A stretch of DNA of 59,811 nucleotides, counting the filler. It is 4 parts of 4 records of this genome, joined end to end, with 100 filler letters (N's around TTAATTAATTAA, not from the genome) between each part and the next. Parts side by side here need not be neighbours in the genome. Positions count along the whole stretch, not along the records: positions 1 to 13,346 come from SRR20825006_3003; 3 more parts are not named here. One strand, given 5' to 3'. A program made the translations under genes and the position numbers. Within the stretch, counting starts at the first letter, position 1. Every line of letters begins with the position of its first letter. Under the pieces are notes generated by a model. It saw only the letters and a list, made by a program, of their open reading frames with translations, was not told where the DNA came from and did not search any database. Shown one piece after another: positions 1 to 10,365 of this stretch.

Positions 1-1
1 G

Positions 2-562
2 CAGAAACTCGACAAGCTGGGCATGCGCGGATCGGAGACGGGCGAACTTGTCTTTGAGGACTGCGAAGTGCCAGAAGAGAACGTCATGGGCCCGCTGAAT
101 GGCGGCGTTGGCGTTCTGATGAGTGGGCTGGATTATGAGCGCGCCGTCCTGTCAGCGGGGCCGACCGGCATCATGCAGGCCTGTATGGATGTCGTGATCC
201 CTTACATTCATGACCGGAAGCAATTCGGCCAGTCGATCGGCGAGTTCCAGCTGATCCAGGGCAAGGTCGCGGACATGTATGTCCAGATGAATGCGGCCAA
301 GGCCTATGTCTATGCCGTCGCCAAATCCTGCGACCGGGGCGAGACGACCCGCAAGGACGCCGCCGGCGCCATTCTGTATGCGGCCGAAACCGCGACCAAG
401 CTCGCGCTAGACGCGATCCAGATCCTTGGCGGCAATGGCTATATCAATGAATACCCGACCGGTCGCCTGCTGCGCGATGCCAAGCTCTACGAAATCGGGG
501 CAGGGACGTCGGAAATCCGCCGCTGGCTAATCGGTCGGGAACTCTTCGGCGAAACGGCTTAG
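2..562 (+). CDS. ivd: Isovaleryl-CoA dehydrogenase, 3' part (truncated at window start)
   Basis: Acyl-CoA dehydrogenase C-terminal motifs ([45 protein letters not shown]); lies in a cluster with mccB, liuC and mccA. Confidence 0.93.
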   Translation, partial: QKLDKLGMRGSETGELVFEDCEVPEENVMGPLNGGVGVLMSGLDYERAVLSAGPTGIMQACMDVVIPYIHDRKQFGQSIGEFQLIQGKVADMYVQMNAAKAYVYAVAKSCDRGETTRKDAAGAILYAAETATKLALDAIQILGGNGYINEYPTGRLLRDAKLYEIGAGTSEIRRWLIGRELFGETA

Positions 563-572
563 CGGCTAGCAG

Positions 573-2369
573 CTAAGCAGGACAGCACTTCTCCTTGATT
601 GTGGCCCCTTCGAAGGCCTTCATCGTGGCGACATAGCCGGACTCGACGGTTTCGTCATAGGCTTTCCAGTCGCGCAGCTGGACATCGGCAAGTTGTGGCA
701 GGACCAGAACATCTGCCATGTCATGTCCGAATTTGGTGTCTGCACGGATCGTTGCGGTCCGCATGAGCAGGCCGGCAATAGGGGGCGGGCTGGAAAACCC
801 ATTATTGAAAACCCAGCGGAAGAAGCTCGGCGGTTCAGAAAATTCCTCCAGATCCATGTTTTCCGGCTGGCGCGTGACGTCAGAGCCCACGACAAAGCCG
901 CGATGCATATCCCGCATGATATCGGCCGGAAAATTGTTCAGCACTGCGCCATCAACCAGCAAATCCTTGCCATCCACGACCGGTGGCAAGATGCCCGGCA
1001 ACGAGATGGTCGCCCGCAGCGCATTGCGCAGCAGGCCTTCGCGATGGATACGCGTGGCGCCGCTGGTGAGGTTGGTCGAGGTACAGAAAAAGGGAATGTC
1101 GAGATCACCGATCTCCGCGTCGCCGAAATGCTCTTTCAGCCGGGCTGCGACGCGCGCGCCCTTCACCATGCCGACGACGGGCAAATGATAGTCCCCGAGC
1201 GGATTGCTATCGACAAATGCCTTGCGGATGCGTTGCTCGATTTCGGCATCGCTCCACCCCATTGCGACACAGGCCGCGATGACCGAGCCCATCGAGGCGC
1301 CGCCCACAAAATCGATCGGCAGGCCAAGTTCCCGCATCGCCTTGACGACGCCGATATGAGAATAGGCGCGCGCGCCCCCGCCTGACAGGATCAGCCCGAC
1401 GGAGACACCAGCCATGATGCGCGCGAGCCGGTCGCAATCCTGGCCTTCTACCCGGCTCCAGTGAAAGACGCGGGTAGCCCCGGACGCGGCGATCCATTCG
1501 GCCGGCTTGGCTCCTTGGCGCTCATCGCTGTGATGCAGCAACAGGACGTCCACGAGTTTCAGCGTGCGGGCAGGGGACTGGTCATCCGGCATCAATGGAT
1601 TGGAGGGGCGCGCATCAGCGCGGCCCACGACCCAGATCCGGTCGGCCTGGCGCATGGACAGGCGATACCAGGAATTGTCGCCAATGGCCGAGATCAGGAT
1701 CACGACATCATGTGCGCGCTCCAGCTCATCAAAATAGGCAGCCGGGCGTTCATCGCCCATCTGCTCGTCAACAATCACTGCTTTCCGCCCAAGGCGTTCC
1801 AATGCCTGTTTCAGCGACCGGGCCCGCAGCTTCAGGTCGATCGTCGGTGACGTGGCGACGAGCGTGAACACTTTCGGCGCAGCGCTGGCAACGCGATCAC
1901 CGGATTTCCCCAATCGGCGCAAAATCACCCGGATCATGGATTCGAGCAGTTCCGGCTCGGCTTTCACCATCCGGTCCCAGCCCTTGCGCGAGACGCCGAT
2001 CAGTTCCGTGTCGCGCAGCGCGTAAACCGAACTCGTATGGGGTGCATCGTTCGGCACGCCATCGCCGGTCAGGTCGACCCCGCCGAGGAAGAGTGACATC
2101 TCGCCGGCCGGCTCGCCGGAGCGGATATGGCCGACAAATTCGGACTTTCCATGCACGCCTTCCCGGAAGATGCCCAACGTTCCGGACAGGACGAAATAGA
2201 GCGTGTCAGCGGGTTCCCCGGCAAGATAGAGCGGCTTGCCGGCGGCGACCGAAAACCAGATGGCTTCCTTGCCTGCCGCCTTCATGGCGCGGGCCGGAAC
2301 ATCCTTCAGGAATTCAATGGCCCGCAAGCGGGGAGTTATATCAATGCCCATGTTGAAGAACATGCCCAT
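573..2369 (-). CDS. Cyclic-nucleotide-binding domain plus patatin-like phospholipase (NTE/RssA type)
   Basis: N-terminal CNB-like fold (GEPADTLYFVLSG...GEMSL); patatin motifs GGGARA, GASMG and DGA. Confidence 0.85.
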   Translation of the reverse strand: MGMFFNMGIDITPRLRAIEFLKDVPARAMKAAGKEAIWFSVAAGKPLYLAGEPADTLYFVLSGTLGIFREGVHGKSEFVGHIRSGEPAGEMSLFLGGVDLTGDGVPNDAPHTSSVYALRDTELIGVSRKGWDRMVKAEPELLESMIRVILRRLGKSGDRVASAAPKVFTLVATSPTIDLKLRARSLKQALERLGRKAVIVDEQMGDERPAAYFDELERAHDVVILISAIGDNSWYRLSMRQADRIWVVGRADARPSNPLMPDDQSPARTLKLVDVLLLHHSDERQGAKPAEWIAASGATRVFHWSRVEGQDCDRLARIMAGVSVGLILSGGGARAYSHIGVVKAMRELGLPIDFVGGASMGSVIAACVAMGWSDAEIEQRIRKAFVDSNPLGDYHLPVVGMVKGARVAARLKEHFGDAEIGDLDIPFFCTSTNLTSGATRIHREGLLRNALRATISLPGILPPVVDGKDLLVDGAVLNNFPADIMRDMHRGFVVGSDVTRQPENMDLEEFSEPPSFFRWVFNNGFSSPPPIAGLLMRTATIRADTKFGHDMADVLVLPQLADVQLRDWKAYDETVESGYVATMKAFEGATIKEKCCPA

Positions 2370-2486
2370 TTCGATTCCCTTTTCAAAGCCTTTCGCTCAT
2401 CCCCTGTGTTTCAAATTCGCATGACGCCCGCGTGACAGGTGGGCCGGGCGCCGCTAAGCAGGCACAAAATTCCAGTGGGAGGCGTT

Positions 2487-4094
2487 ATGCCGGTTCTGAA
2501 ATCCAGTCTTGATGTGTCCGGTAGCAAATTTGCCGCCAACAAAGCCGCCATGGAGACGCTTCTTGCCGAATTGCAAGAAAAAACCGCTAATGCCGCCATC
2601 GGAGGCCCGGAAGCGTCTCGCAAACGCCATGTAGAGCGCGGAAAATTGCTGCCGCGTGAACGAGTCGAACGCCTGCTGGACCCGGGCTCTGCCTTTCTCG
2701 AAATCGGTGCGCTGGCCGCCAATGGCATGTATGATAACGAAGCCCCCGGCGCAGGCCTGATCACGGGGGTCGGCCGGGTTGAGGGGCGCGAATGCCTGAT
2801 CGTCTGCAATGATGCGACAGTGAAGGGCGGCGCCTATTTCCCGATGACGGTGAAGAAGCATCTGCGCGCGCAGGAAGTGGCCCTCGAAAATCACCTGCCA
2901 TGTATCTATCTGGTCGATAGCGGCGGCGCGAACCTGCCGCATCAGTCAGAAGTCTTCCCGGACCGGGAACACTTTGGCCGCATCTTCTATAATCAGGCCC
3001 AGATGAGCGCGAAGGGCATTCCCCAGATCGCCGCCGTCATGGGCAGCTGTACTGCGGGTGGTGCCTACGTACCTGCGATGTCGGACGAGACCATCATTGT
3101 GCGCAAACAGGGCACGATCTTCCTCGGCGGTCCACCTTTGGTGAAGGCCGCCACGGGGGAAGTGATCTCAGCCGAAGACCTTGGCGGCGCAGATGTGCAT
3201 GCGCGCCAGTCCGGCGTGGCCGACCACTATGCGGCCCATGATTCTCACGCGCTCGCCATTGTCCGCTCCATTGTCCGCACGCTGGCCACGCCAAAGCCCC
3301 AGCCCTTCGATCTGACAGAGACTGCAGAGCCACTTTACGACCCTGCGGAGATGCATGGTCTGGTGCCTCAGGATGTCCGCGAGCCCTATGACGCCCGCGA
3401 AGTCATCGCGCGTCTCGTGGACGGATCGGAATTCCATGAGTTCAAGAAGCTCTATGGCGAGACGCTCGTCTGCGGGTTTGCGCGCCTCTATGGCATGCCG
3501 GTCGCGATCCTCGCCAATAATGGTATCCTGTTCTCTGAAAGCGCGCAGAAGGCCGCGCATTTCATCGAGTTGGCCGACCAGCGCCGCATCCCGCTGGTTT
3601 TCCTGCAGAATATTACCGGCTTCATGGTCGGGTCGAAATACGAGGCCGGCGGCATCGCCAAGGATGGCGCCAAGATGGTGACCGCCGTGGCCACCGCCAG
3701 CGTGCCGAAATTCACCGTGGTAACCGGCGGCAGCTTCGGCGCCGGCAATTATGGCATGTGCGGCCGGGCCTACAGCCCCCGCTTCCTGTTCATGTGGCCA
3801 AACTCCCGCATCTCCGTCATGGGCGGCGAACAGGCCGCCAGCGTGCTCGCCACAGTCAAGCGCGACGGCATTGAGCGCAAGGGCGGGGAATGGTCTGCCG
3901 AGGACGAGGACAGCTTCAAGCAGCCGATCCGCGATCTCTACGAAGCTGAAGGTTCGCCCTATTTCTCCACAGCGCGCCTATGGGATGACGGTATCATCGA
4001 CCCGGCCGATACCCGCCGCGTGCTGGGCCTTGCCCTTTCCGCCAGCCTGAATGCTCCGTTCCCGGATCGGGGCTTCGGCGTCTTTCGGATGTAG
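2487..4094 (+). CDS. mccB: 3-methylcrotonyl-CoA carboxylase beta (carboxyltransferase) subunit
   Basis: [46 protein letters not shown] end; RBS GGGAGG before the ATG at 2487. Confidence 0.95.
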   Translation: MPVLKSSLDVSGSKFAANKAAMETLLAELQEKTANAAIGGPEASRKRHVERGKLLPRERVERLLDPGSAFLEIGALAANGMYDNEAPGAGLITGVGRVEGRECLIVCNDATVKGGAYFPMTVKKHLRAQEVALENHLPCIYLVDSGGANLPHQSEVFPDREHFGRIFYNQAQMSAKGIPQIAAVMGSCTAGGAYVPAMSDETIIVRKQGTIFLGGPPLVKAATGEVISAEDLGGADVHARQSGVADHYAAHDSHALAIVRSIVRTLATPKPQPFDLTETAEPLYDPAEMHGLVPQDVREPYDAREVIARLVDGSEFHEFKKLYGETLVCGFARLYGMPVAILANNGILFSESAQKAAHFIELADQRRIPLVFLQNITGFMVGSKYEAGGIAKDGAKMVTAVATASVPKFTVVTGGSFGAGNYGMCGRAYSPRFLFMWPNSRISVMGGEQAASVLATVKRDGIERKGGEWSAEDEDSFKQPIRDLYEAEGSPYFSTARLWDDGIIDPADTRRVLGLALSASLNAPFPDRGFGVFRM

Positions 4095-4166
4095 GGGTTC
4101 TACGTATAAAATCTGTTGCCGGCCAATGGTAGAAGCTCCCTGTCACATGGCAGGAGGCTGACCCCC

Positions 4167-4754
4167 ATGACCCGCTCTATCTGTATCATCGATGGCCACC
4201 CCGATCCCGATCCGGACCATCTGGTCCACGCGCTCTGCGATGCTTATGCCGAGGGCGCCGAGGCGACCGATCACACAGTGTCTCGCATCCGCGTGGCAGA
4301 TTTCGACATGCCATTCCTCAACTCTGAGAAAGAGTTCGCAATGCCCCCGCCAGAGCCGGTGCTGAGTGAACGCCAGAAGATCGCCAACGCAGACCACCTC
4401 GTCATCGCTTTCCCGCTCTGGATGGGCGGTATGCCAGCCAAACTAAAGGCCTTCTTCGAACAGGCGGCCCGGGCAGAATTCTTCCTGAAAACAGGTGAGT
4501 CCGATCATGAATGGCCTGAGCGCATGATGAAGGGAAAGTCGGCCCGCATTATCGTGACGATGGGTATGCCCGACCTGGTCTATAGATTCGGCATGGATGC
4601 GGGCGCATTGAAAGCGTTGGAGCGCGGCGTGCTTGGCCTGTCTGGTTTCAAACCGATGCACCACACGATCATCGGCGGCGTTGGCGCTCTGACGCCATCA
4701 AAAGTCGAATCCTGGTTCGAGTTCATGAAGGAGATCGGCGGGCAGGCCGTCTGA
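4167..4754 (+). CDS. Flavodoxin-fold NAD(P)H-dependent oxidoreductase (MdaB/KefF-like)
   Basis: IIDGHPD, FPLWMGGMPAKLKAFFE, GKSARIIVTMG; RBS AGGAGG. Confidence 0.85.
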   Translation: MTRSICIIDGHPDPDPDHLVHALCDAYAEGAEATDHTVSRIRVADFDMPFLNSEKEFAMPPPEPVLSERQKIANADHLVIAFPLWMGGMPAKLKAFFEQAARAEFFLKTGESDHEWPERMMKGKSARIIVTMGMPDLVYRFGMDAGALKALERGVLGLSGFKPMHHTIIGGVGALTPSKVESWFEFMKEIGGQAV

Positions 4755-4872
4755 TCCGGGTTCATTACATCTTCGTCGTGAACGTCTTTTCACGCATCAT
4801 TACCACTTGTTTCGAGTATGTTCAGTCCTGTCGCGGTCCCCTGCGACGTATAGAGTAAGAAGGAGTTCGAAC

Positions 4873-5181
4873 ATGGTCAGACGTAGCAGCTTTCTGGTAA
4901 CGGCGGCGATGATGACGGCCCTGATGGGCCATGCGGGCGAGATGCCCGACTTCTCGTTGCTGGATCTGGATGATGATGGCCTGATCAGCGAGGACGAATA
5001 TGTGAGCTACTCCGACAGCGCGGGCACAGCCAGCGAGTCGGAGGCGAAAGCGAAGTTCACGAAATTCGACCTCAATTCGAATGGAACCGTGTCCGAGGAA
5101 GAACTGGCAGATGCCCTTGCTGCCTGGCGGGGACGGTCCGATCAAGGCGCCGTGACGGCGGCTGGCCTGCCGGTTCGGTAG
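4873..5181 (+). CDS. Small, probably secreted EF-hand calcium-binding protein
   Basis: Signal-like N-terminus; two EF-hand loops DLDDDGLISEDE and DLNSNGTVSEEE; RBS AGGAG. Confidence 0.8.
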   Translation: MVRRSSFLVTAAMMTALMGHAGEMPDFSLLDLDDDGLISEDEYVSYSDSAGTASESEAKAKFTKFDLNSNGTVSEEELADALAAWRGRSDQGAVTAAGLPVR

Positions 5182-5203
5182 GCTGCCCACCCAGTCGGTG
5201 CTG

Positions 5204-5233
5204 AAGGGGTCCGCCGGTCCAGCGGGCCCCTTT
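5204..5233 (+). terminator. Probable intrinsic terminator
   Basis: AAGGGGTCCGC-loop-GCGGGCCCCTT hairpin followed by a short T-rich tail, after the EF-hand gene. Confidence 0.55.
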
Positions 5234-5264
5234 CCATTTGGAACGAATACGATAAACAGCGCCG

Positions 5265-6311
5265 ATGGCGACAGCGCACCGACTGGCAGCAAACAGGTTT
5301 GATCTCATCCGGCTGGCGCTCGCTTCGGCCGTGTTTGCCTATCATGCAATCGTTCTGTCCGCGCTCGCGCCGATGAGCGGGTTGGAGCGCGCCTGGGGCC
5401 AAATTGCCGAGATCGCCATCCAAGGCTTCTTCATTGTATCCGGCGCATTGGTGGCCGGCTCGCTCATGCGGTCGCAAAACCTTGCTGACTATGCTGGCAA
5501 GCGGGTCCGTCGACTTTACCCGGCTTATGCTGTCGTCATTCTGATCCCGGCGCTCATCAGCCTGCTGATGGGCGGCAGTATTGGTGGAGTCGCAGAATAT
5601 GTGGGTGCCAATCTCGTCTTCCTGAACTTCCTGTCGCCGGATTTGCCGGGTCTGTTCGAAGGCAACCGCTTCACAGAGGTCAATGGTGCGTTGTGGACGT
5701 TGAAGATCGAGGTTCTATTCTATCTCATCCTGCCGATCATCGGCGGACTGCTGCGGACGATGCGCCGCGCGCAGTGGAGCGTCCTGGTGGGCCTGTATGT
5801 GTTGGGGGAGGGGTGGCGTCATCTGGTGCCTGTTTTTCTGGAGGGGGAATCCGCGCTTATCGCGGCGCGCCAGCTGCCGGGTCAGTTGGCCTTTTTCGCC
5901 AGTGGCATTGCCTTGTGGCAGGTATGGGATCGGGCCCAGGCAAAGCCGCTCTGGTTCGGCGTGGTGGGGCTCGCATTGACCTTGCTTTCCTTCGTCCATC
6001 CCTGGCTGGAGCCGCTCCGCGCGGCTGGACTGGCGGGCCTGATTGCCTGCCTGGCTTTCCTGCCAGGTCCTGCGCTGAACGCGGCGCGCTTCGGCGATAT
6101 CAGCTACGGCGTTTACATCACTCATTTTCCGATCCTGCAGGGCCTTGTCATGGTCGGCGCTTTTGAAGCATTCGGCCATGCGGTCGGCTTTGCCCTGTCG
6201 GCGCTTCTCGTCATCGTGGCCAGCTATGCGCTGTGGCATCTTGTCGAGCGGCGCGCCTTGCGCCCATCCAGCCACTACCGCAAAGTAGCCTCCAACCCTG
6301 AACAGGACTGA
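5265..6311 (+). CDS. Acyltransferase family 3 (OafA-like) membrane protein
   Basis: FDLIRLALA, GFFIVSG, RRLYP, WTLKIEVLFY, GDISYGVYITHFP; many TM segments. Confidence 0.85.
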   Translation: MATAHRLAANRFDLIRLALASAVFAYHAIVLSALAPMSGLERAWGQIAEIAIQGFFIVSGALVAGSLMRSQNLADYAGKRVRRLYPAYAVVILIPALISLLMGGSIGGVAEYVGANLVFLNFLSPDLPGLFEGNRFTEVNGALWTLKIEVLFYLILPIIGGLLRTMRRAQWSVLVGLYVLGEGWRHLVPVFLEGESALIAARQLPGQLAFFASGIALWQVWDRAQAKPLWFGVVGLALTLLSFVHPWLEPLRAAGLAGLIACLAFLPGPALNAARFGDISYGVYITHFPILQGLVMVGAFEAFGHAVGFALSALLVIVASYALWHLVERRALRPSSHYRKVASNPEQD

Positions 6312-6316
6312 TCCCC

Positions 6317-7117
6317 ATGCGCGATTCCGACTATGATCTCATCACGCTCGAAGCGACGCAGGAAGGCTTGGCGGTTGTCACGCTGAACCGGCCGGATGTG
6401 CACAATGCGTTCAATGCCGAGCTGATCGCCGAACTGACCGATGCGTTCCACACCATTGCCGACCAGCGCACCATTCGCATGATGATCCTGCGCGGCGCGG
6501 GCAAGAGTTTTTCGGCGGGCGCAGACCTCAACTGGATGAAGCTGGCGGCGATGCATACGCGCGAAGACAATGAGCGCGACGCGATGAACCTCGCCGAAAT
6601 GCTGCGCACGCTCTACGGCATGCCCCAGATGACGCTTGCCTTGGTGCAGGGCGCCGCCATGGGTGGCGGGGCCGGCCTCGTGGCCGCCTGTGACGTCGCT
6701 GTGGCGATGAAGGGCACGAAGTTCCGCTTCTCTGAAGTGCGCCTCGGCCTGACCCCGGCGACGATCAGCCCCTATGTGATCGAAGCCATCGGCGCGCGCT
6801 GGGCGAAGGCCTTGTTCACCACTGCCGAAACGTTTGATGCCGAATATGCTGAGAAGCTGGGCCTCGTTCAGTATGTCGTGGAAAACCAGGCCGAGATGAC
6901 GGCAATGGAAGAACACCTCGCAGATCTTGTCTTCGCCGCTGCGCCCGGCGCTGTGGCCGAGAGCAAGGCACTGGTGCGCGATGTCTCCGGCGTATTCATC
7001 GACAAGGATCTCAGCCACGAGACATCAAAGCGCATCGCAGCGCGTCGGGTCTCGGATGAGGGCAAGGAAGGCATTGAAGCCTTCCTCGACAAGCGCCCGC
7101 CTAGTTGGGGTCGGTAA
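6317..7117 (+). CDS. liuC: Methylglutaconyl-CoA hydratase (crotonase family)
   Basis: LNRPDVHNAF, FSAGADLNWM, GGGAGL, SEVRLGLTPATISPYV; leucine cluster context. Confidence 0.85.
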   Translation: MRDSDYDLITLEATQEGLAVVTLNRPDVHNAFNAELIAELTDAFHTIADQRTIRMMILRGAGKSFSAGADLNWMKLAAMHTREDNERDAMNLAEMLRTLYGMPQMTLALVQGAAMGGGAGLVAACDVAVAMKGTKFRFSEVRLGLTPATISPYVIEAIGARWAKALFTTAETFDAEYAEKLGLVQYVVENQAEMTAMEEHLADLVFAAAPGAVAESKALVRDVSGVFIDKDLSHETSKRIAARRVSDEGKEGIEAFLDKRPPSWGR

Positions 7118-7457
7118 CCAGTACGCTGTCTTTGGAGTCCACCGGCAAGCCGAAGTCGGCCAGCAGATTAAGTGTCGCGCTGATCGGGTTTATCCCCGTG
7201 AGCGCTTCGATCTGGTGCTGGAAGAAATATGCCACGATGCCAAACAGGATGATGTAGATCACGAACTGCATCAGCGACTTCAGCAGGAAGGCACCCGCGC
7301 TGCCCGCGACGAAGCCGATGGCGCCGAGGATCAGCGCGCCGGCCACGGGGCTGAGATTGCTGACATCTGCAGCCTGCGTGTAACCAATATAGCCGCCAAC
7401 GCCGGCGCCGATGACTCCCGCGACACTGCTGATCCGGATTCCTGAAGCATAGGCCAT
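7101..7457 (-). CDS. Small glycine-rich membrane protein, unknown function
   Basis: 118-aa ORF with about three hydrophobic segments; GGGAG upstream of the ATG at 7457. Confidence 0.7.
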   Translation of the reverse strand: MAYASGIRISSVAGVIGAGVGGYIGYTQAADVSNLSPVAGALILGAIGFVAGSAGAFLLKSLMQFVIYIILFGIVAYFFQHQIEALTGINPISATLNLLADFGLPVDSKDSVLVTDPN

Positions 7458-7598
7458 AAGACACTCCCGTGGTTTCTTGGCATTAACCCTTACGACAGCT
7501 GGCAGGGGTGTCAAAGGTGGAATTTGGACTGGCAAAGGCCCTTGCCTCGCCTGGTGCGTGCCCCGATTGCGCCGTGTTTCCTGCAGATAGAGGAGAGC

Positions 7599-8519
7599 AT
7601 GGAGATACCGGTCCCCGCCCAGACCCGCGCGCAACAACGCCTGCATGCCGCGCGCGCCGCGCTGCATGCGCGCTGCGTGAATGGCCCGGTCAGCCAGACC
7701 GTGTTCGAATTTGTGGCCTTCGGCATCAAGCAGGGCTGGGCGTGCCTGTTTGGCGGCCTGATGCTGGGGCTCTTGCTGCTGACCTTTGTCTGGTATCCGG
7801 AAGGCGCGCCGCTCTCGCGCTATGATTTCCTCGTGCTGGGTGCGGTTGCCATTCAGGTCATGATGCTATGGACGGGCCTGGAAACATGGGAAGAGGCGAA
7901 AATCATCCTCGTCTTCCATATTGTCGGCACGGTCATGGAACTGTTCAAAACCTATCATGGCAGCTGGATCTATCCCGAGGAGAGCTTCCTGCGCATTGGC
8001 GGTGTGCCGTTGTTTACGGGCTTCATGTACGCGGCAGTGGGCTCCTATCTGGCGCGAGTCTGGCGCATCTTCGACTTCCGGTTTGACCGTTTCCCGCCAC
8101 TCTGGGTTCAAGCCAGTCTGACAACCGCGATTTACGTGAATTTCTTCGCGCATCACTGGCTGCCGGATGTCCGGATCGCCCTGTTCGTGGGCACGGCGAT
8201 GGTTTATGGGCCATGCTTGGTCTGGTTCCGCGCTGACGAAGCCCACAGGCCGATGCCGCTCGTCATCGGGTTCCTGCTCGTAGCAGTTTTCATCTGGTTT
8301 GCTGAGAATCTTGGAACATTCGCCCGCGCCTGGGCCTATCCCGGGCAAGAGCATGGCTGGCAGATGGTCTCTTTATCGAAACTCGGTTCGTGGTATCTGC
8401 TGATGATAATCAGTTTTGTTCTGGTGGCTTTGGTCCACCGGGCGCCGGGAGGGCCACGCATTGAAGATCCAGAAGCTGCTCGTCGCAAACAGGGGCGAGA
8501 TCGCCTGTCGCATCTTTGA
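7599..8519 (+). CDS. DUF817-family membrane protein
   Basis: KQGWACLFGG, RYDFL, FHIVGTVMELFKT, GVPLFTGFMYAAVGSY, KLGSWYLLMIISF; RBS GAGGAG. Confidence 0.8.
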   Translation: MEIPVPAQTRAQQRLHAARAALHARCVNGPVSQTVFEFVAFGIKQGWACLFGGLMLGLLLLTFVWYPEGAPLSRYDFLVLGAVAIQVMMLWTGLETWEEAKIILVFHIVGTVMELFKTYHGSWIYPEESFLRIGGVPLFTGFMYAAVGSYLARVWRIFDFRFDRFPPLWVQASLTTAIYVNFFAHHWLPDVRIALFVGTAMVYGPCLVWFRADEAHRPMPLVIGFLLVAVFIWFAENLGTFARAWAYPGQEHGWQMVSLSKLGSWYLLMIISFVLVALVHRAPGGPRIEDPEAARRKQGRDRLSHL

Positions 8520-10365
8520 GACCTGCCATGGGCTCGGCATTGCGACAGTCGCCGTCTATTCCGATGCCGATGCGCGCGCGAAACATGTCCGCGAGGCCGA
8601 CGAAGCGATCCATATCGGCCCGTCGCCTGCGCCGGAAAGCTATCTCAAGGTCGAGGCCATCTTGGCCGCTGCCAAGGCGACCGACGCCGATGCCATCCAT
8701 CCGGGCTATGGCTTCCTGTCCGAGAATGCCGATTTCGCCGAAGCCGTCGAGAAAGCGGGCCTCATCTGGGTTGGCCCTTCGGCCAAGGCGATCCGGTCCA
8801 TGGGCCCGAAGGACGAAGCCAAGCGCATTGCCGAAGAGGCCGGCGTGCCTGTGCTGCCCGGCTATCGCGGCGAAGGGCAGGAGCTGGAAACGCTTGCCAG
8901 GGCGGCGAAAGATGTCGGCTTTCCGCTGCTGATCAAGGCGGTTGCCGGGGGCGGCGGGCGCGGCATTCGCCTCGTCTCCAAGGCGGGCGAGCTGAAGGCC
9001 GAGCTGGAAAGCGCGGTGCGTGAGGCCGAAAGTTCCTTTGGCGATGGCCGGGTCATGCTGGAAAAACTGGTCGAGCAGCCACGCCATATTGAAGTGCAGG
9101 TCTTTGGCGATGCGCATGGCAATGTCGTCCATCTCTATGAACGCGATTGCTCGCTGCAGCGTCGCCGCCAGAAAGTCATTGAGGAAGCGCCCGCGCCCGG
9201 CATGCCGGATGATGTGCGAGCGGCCATGACGGACGCAGCGGTGAAGCTGGCGCAGGCTGTTGGATATCAGGGCGCGGGCACGGTGGAATTCATCGTCGAC
9301 GGGTCAAAGCCGCTGGGCGTCGACACGTTTTGGTTCCTCGAAATGAATACCCGGCTTCAGGTGGAGCATCCGGTGACCGAGATGATTACCGGGCAGGACC
9401 TTGTCGCCTGGCAATTGCTGGTCGCTTCGGGCGAGGAAATTCCGCTGGCGCAGGACGAGATCCCGCTGATGGGCCATGCCATCGAGGCGCGCATCTGCGC
9501 CGAAGACCCGGCCGATGGCTTCCGCCCCGGCGCGGGGCTGATCCTGGAGTTCGGCCTGTTGCAGCCGATTGATGGGGAAACGATCCGCTGGGATGCCGGT
9601 TTCGAGACGGGTGATCGCGTACCATCCAACTATGATTCCATGATCGCGAAACTGATCGTGCACGGAGAAGACCGCGACGCGGCGGTTGACCTGCTGACCG
9701 AGACGCTGTCGCACACCCAACTCTCGGGCGTGCCGGCCAATACCGGCTTCCTGCGCCGCTGCGCCCAGTCGGACGCGTTCCGCGATGGCACGCATCATGT
9801 GAACTGGATTGCGGAGCAGGGGGATGCGCTGACCCAGCCTCCCGCCGCGCATCAGCATGCATCTGTTCTCGCCGTCTGCGACATCGAGCTGGATGACAGC
9901 GCTGCCGTCACACCATGGGGAATCCGGGATGGCTTCCGGGCGAATGGCGCGCCTGTGCGAAAGGCGGCCGTCGCTGTGGGCGCCGATGTAGACTGGTTTG
10001 ACCCGTCCGAGCATGACGTCGATCCGGACGCGCCGCTGCCTTTCGTGACAGATATCTCTCCGCGCCGCTATGCGGTGACGACCGGCGGGGACAATGTCCT
10101 TGTGGAAGTGCCGGACTATGACGCCGATGTCGAAGCGTTGCTGGGCGGCGACTCAGTCAGCGCGCCGATGCCGGGCAAACTGCTCGCCGTGCATGTGAAG
10201 CCGGGCGATACGGTCACCAAGGGTGATCCGGTTGCGGTGATGGAAGCCATGAAGATGGAGCACACCCTGCCGGCGCCGCGCGATGGCGTGGTGGAGTCCG
10301 TGGAGGCTGCCGCCGGGGATCAGGTCGCCGAGGGCGATGTGCTGGTTCATCTGGAGGCGGAGTAA
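8461..10365 (+). CDS. mccA: 3-methylcrotonyl-CoA carboxylase alpha subunit (biotin carboxylase plus biotinyl domain)
   Basis: ANRGEIA, HPGYGFLSEN, ERDCSLQRRRQK, EMNTRLQVEHPVTE, EAMKM biotin site; TTG start at 8461 with GGGAGG RBS. Confidence 0.93.
   Translation: MKIQKLLVANRGEIACRIFETCHGLGIATVAVYSDADARAKHVREADEAIHIGPSPAPESYLKVEAILAAAKATDADAIHPGYGFLSENADFAEAVEKAGLIWVGPSAKAIRSMGPKDEAKRIAEEAGVPVLPGYRGEGQELETLARAAKDVGFPLLIKAVAGGGGRGIRLVSKAGELKAELESAVREAESSFGDGRVMLEKLVEQPRHIEVQVFGDAHGNVVHLYERDCSLQRRRQKVIEEAPAPGMPDDVRAAMTDAAVKLAQAVGYQGAGTVEFIVDGSKPLGVDTFWFLEMNTRLQVEHPVTEMITGQDLVAWQLLVASGEEIPLAQDEIPLMGHAIEARICAEDPADGFRPGAGLILEFGLLQPIDGETIRWDAGFETGDRVPSNYDSMIAKLIVHGEDRDAAVDLLTETLSHTQLSGVPANTGFLRRCAQSDAFRDGTHHVNWIAEQGDALTQPPAAHQHASVLAVCDIELDDSAAVTPWGIRDGFRANGAPVRKAAVAVGADVDWFDPSEHDVDPDAPLPFVTDISPRRYAVTTGGDNVLVEVPDYDADVEALLGGDSVSAPMPGKLLAVHVKPGDTVTKGDPVAVMEAMKMEHTLPAPRDGVVESVEAAAGDQVAEGDVLVHLEAE

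Noticed and set aside
573-2369. Patatin as a CBASS or Pycsar effector
   Set aside because: No nucleotide cyclase nearby; architecture fits housekeeping NTE/RssA proteins
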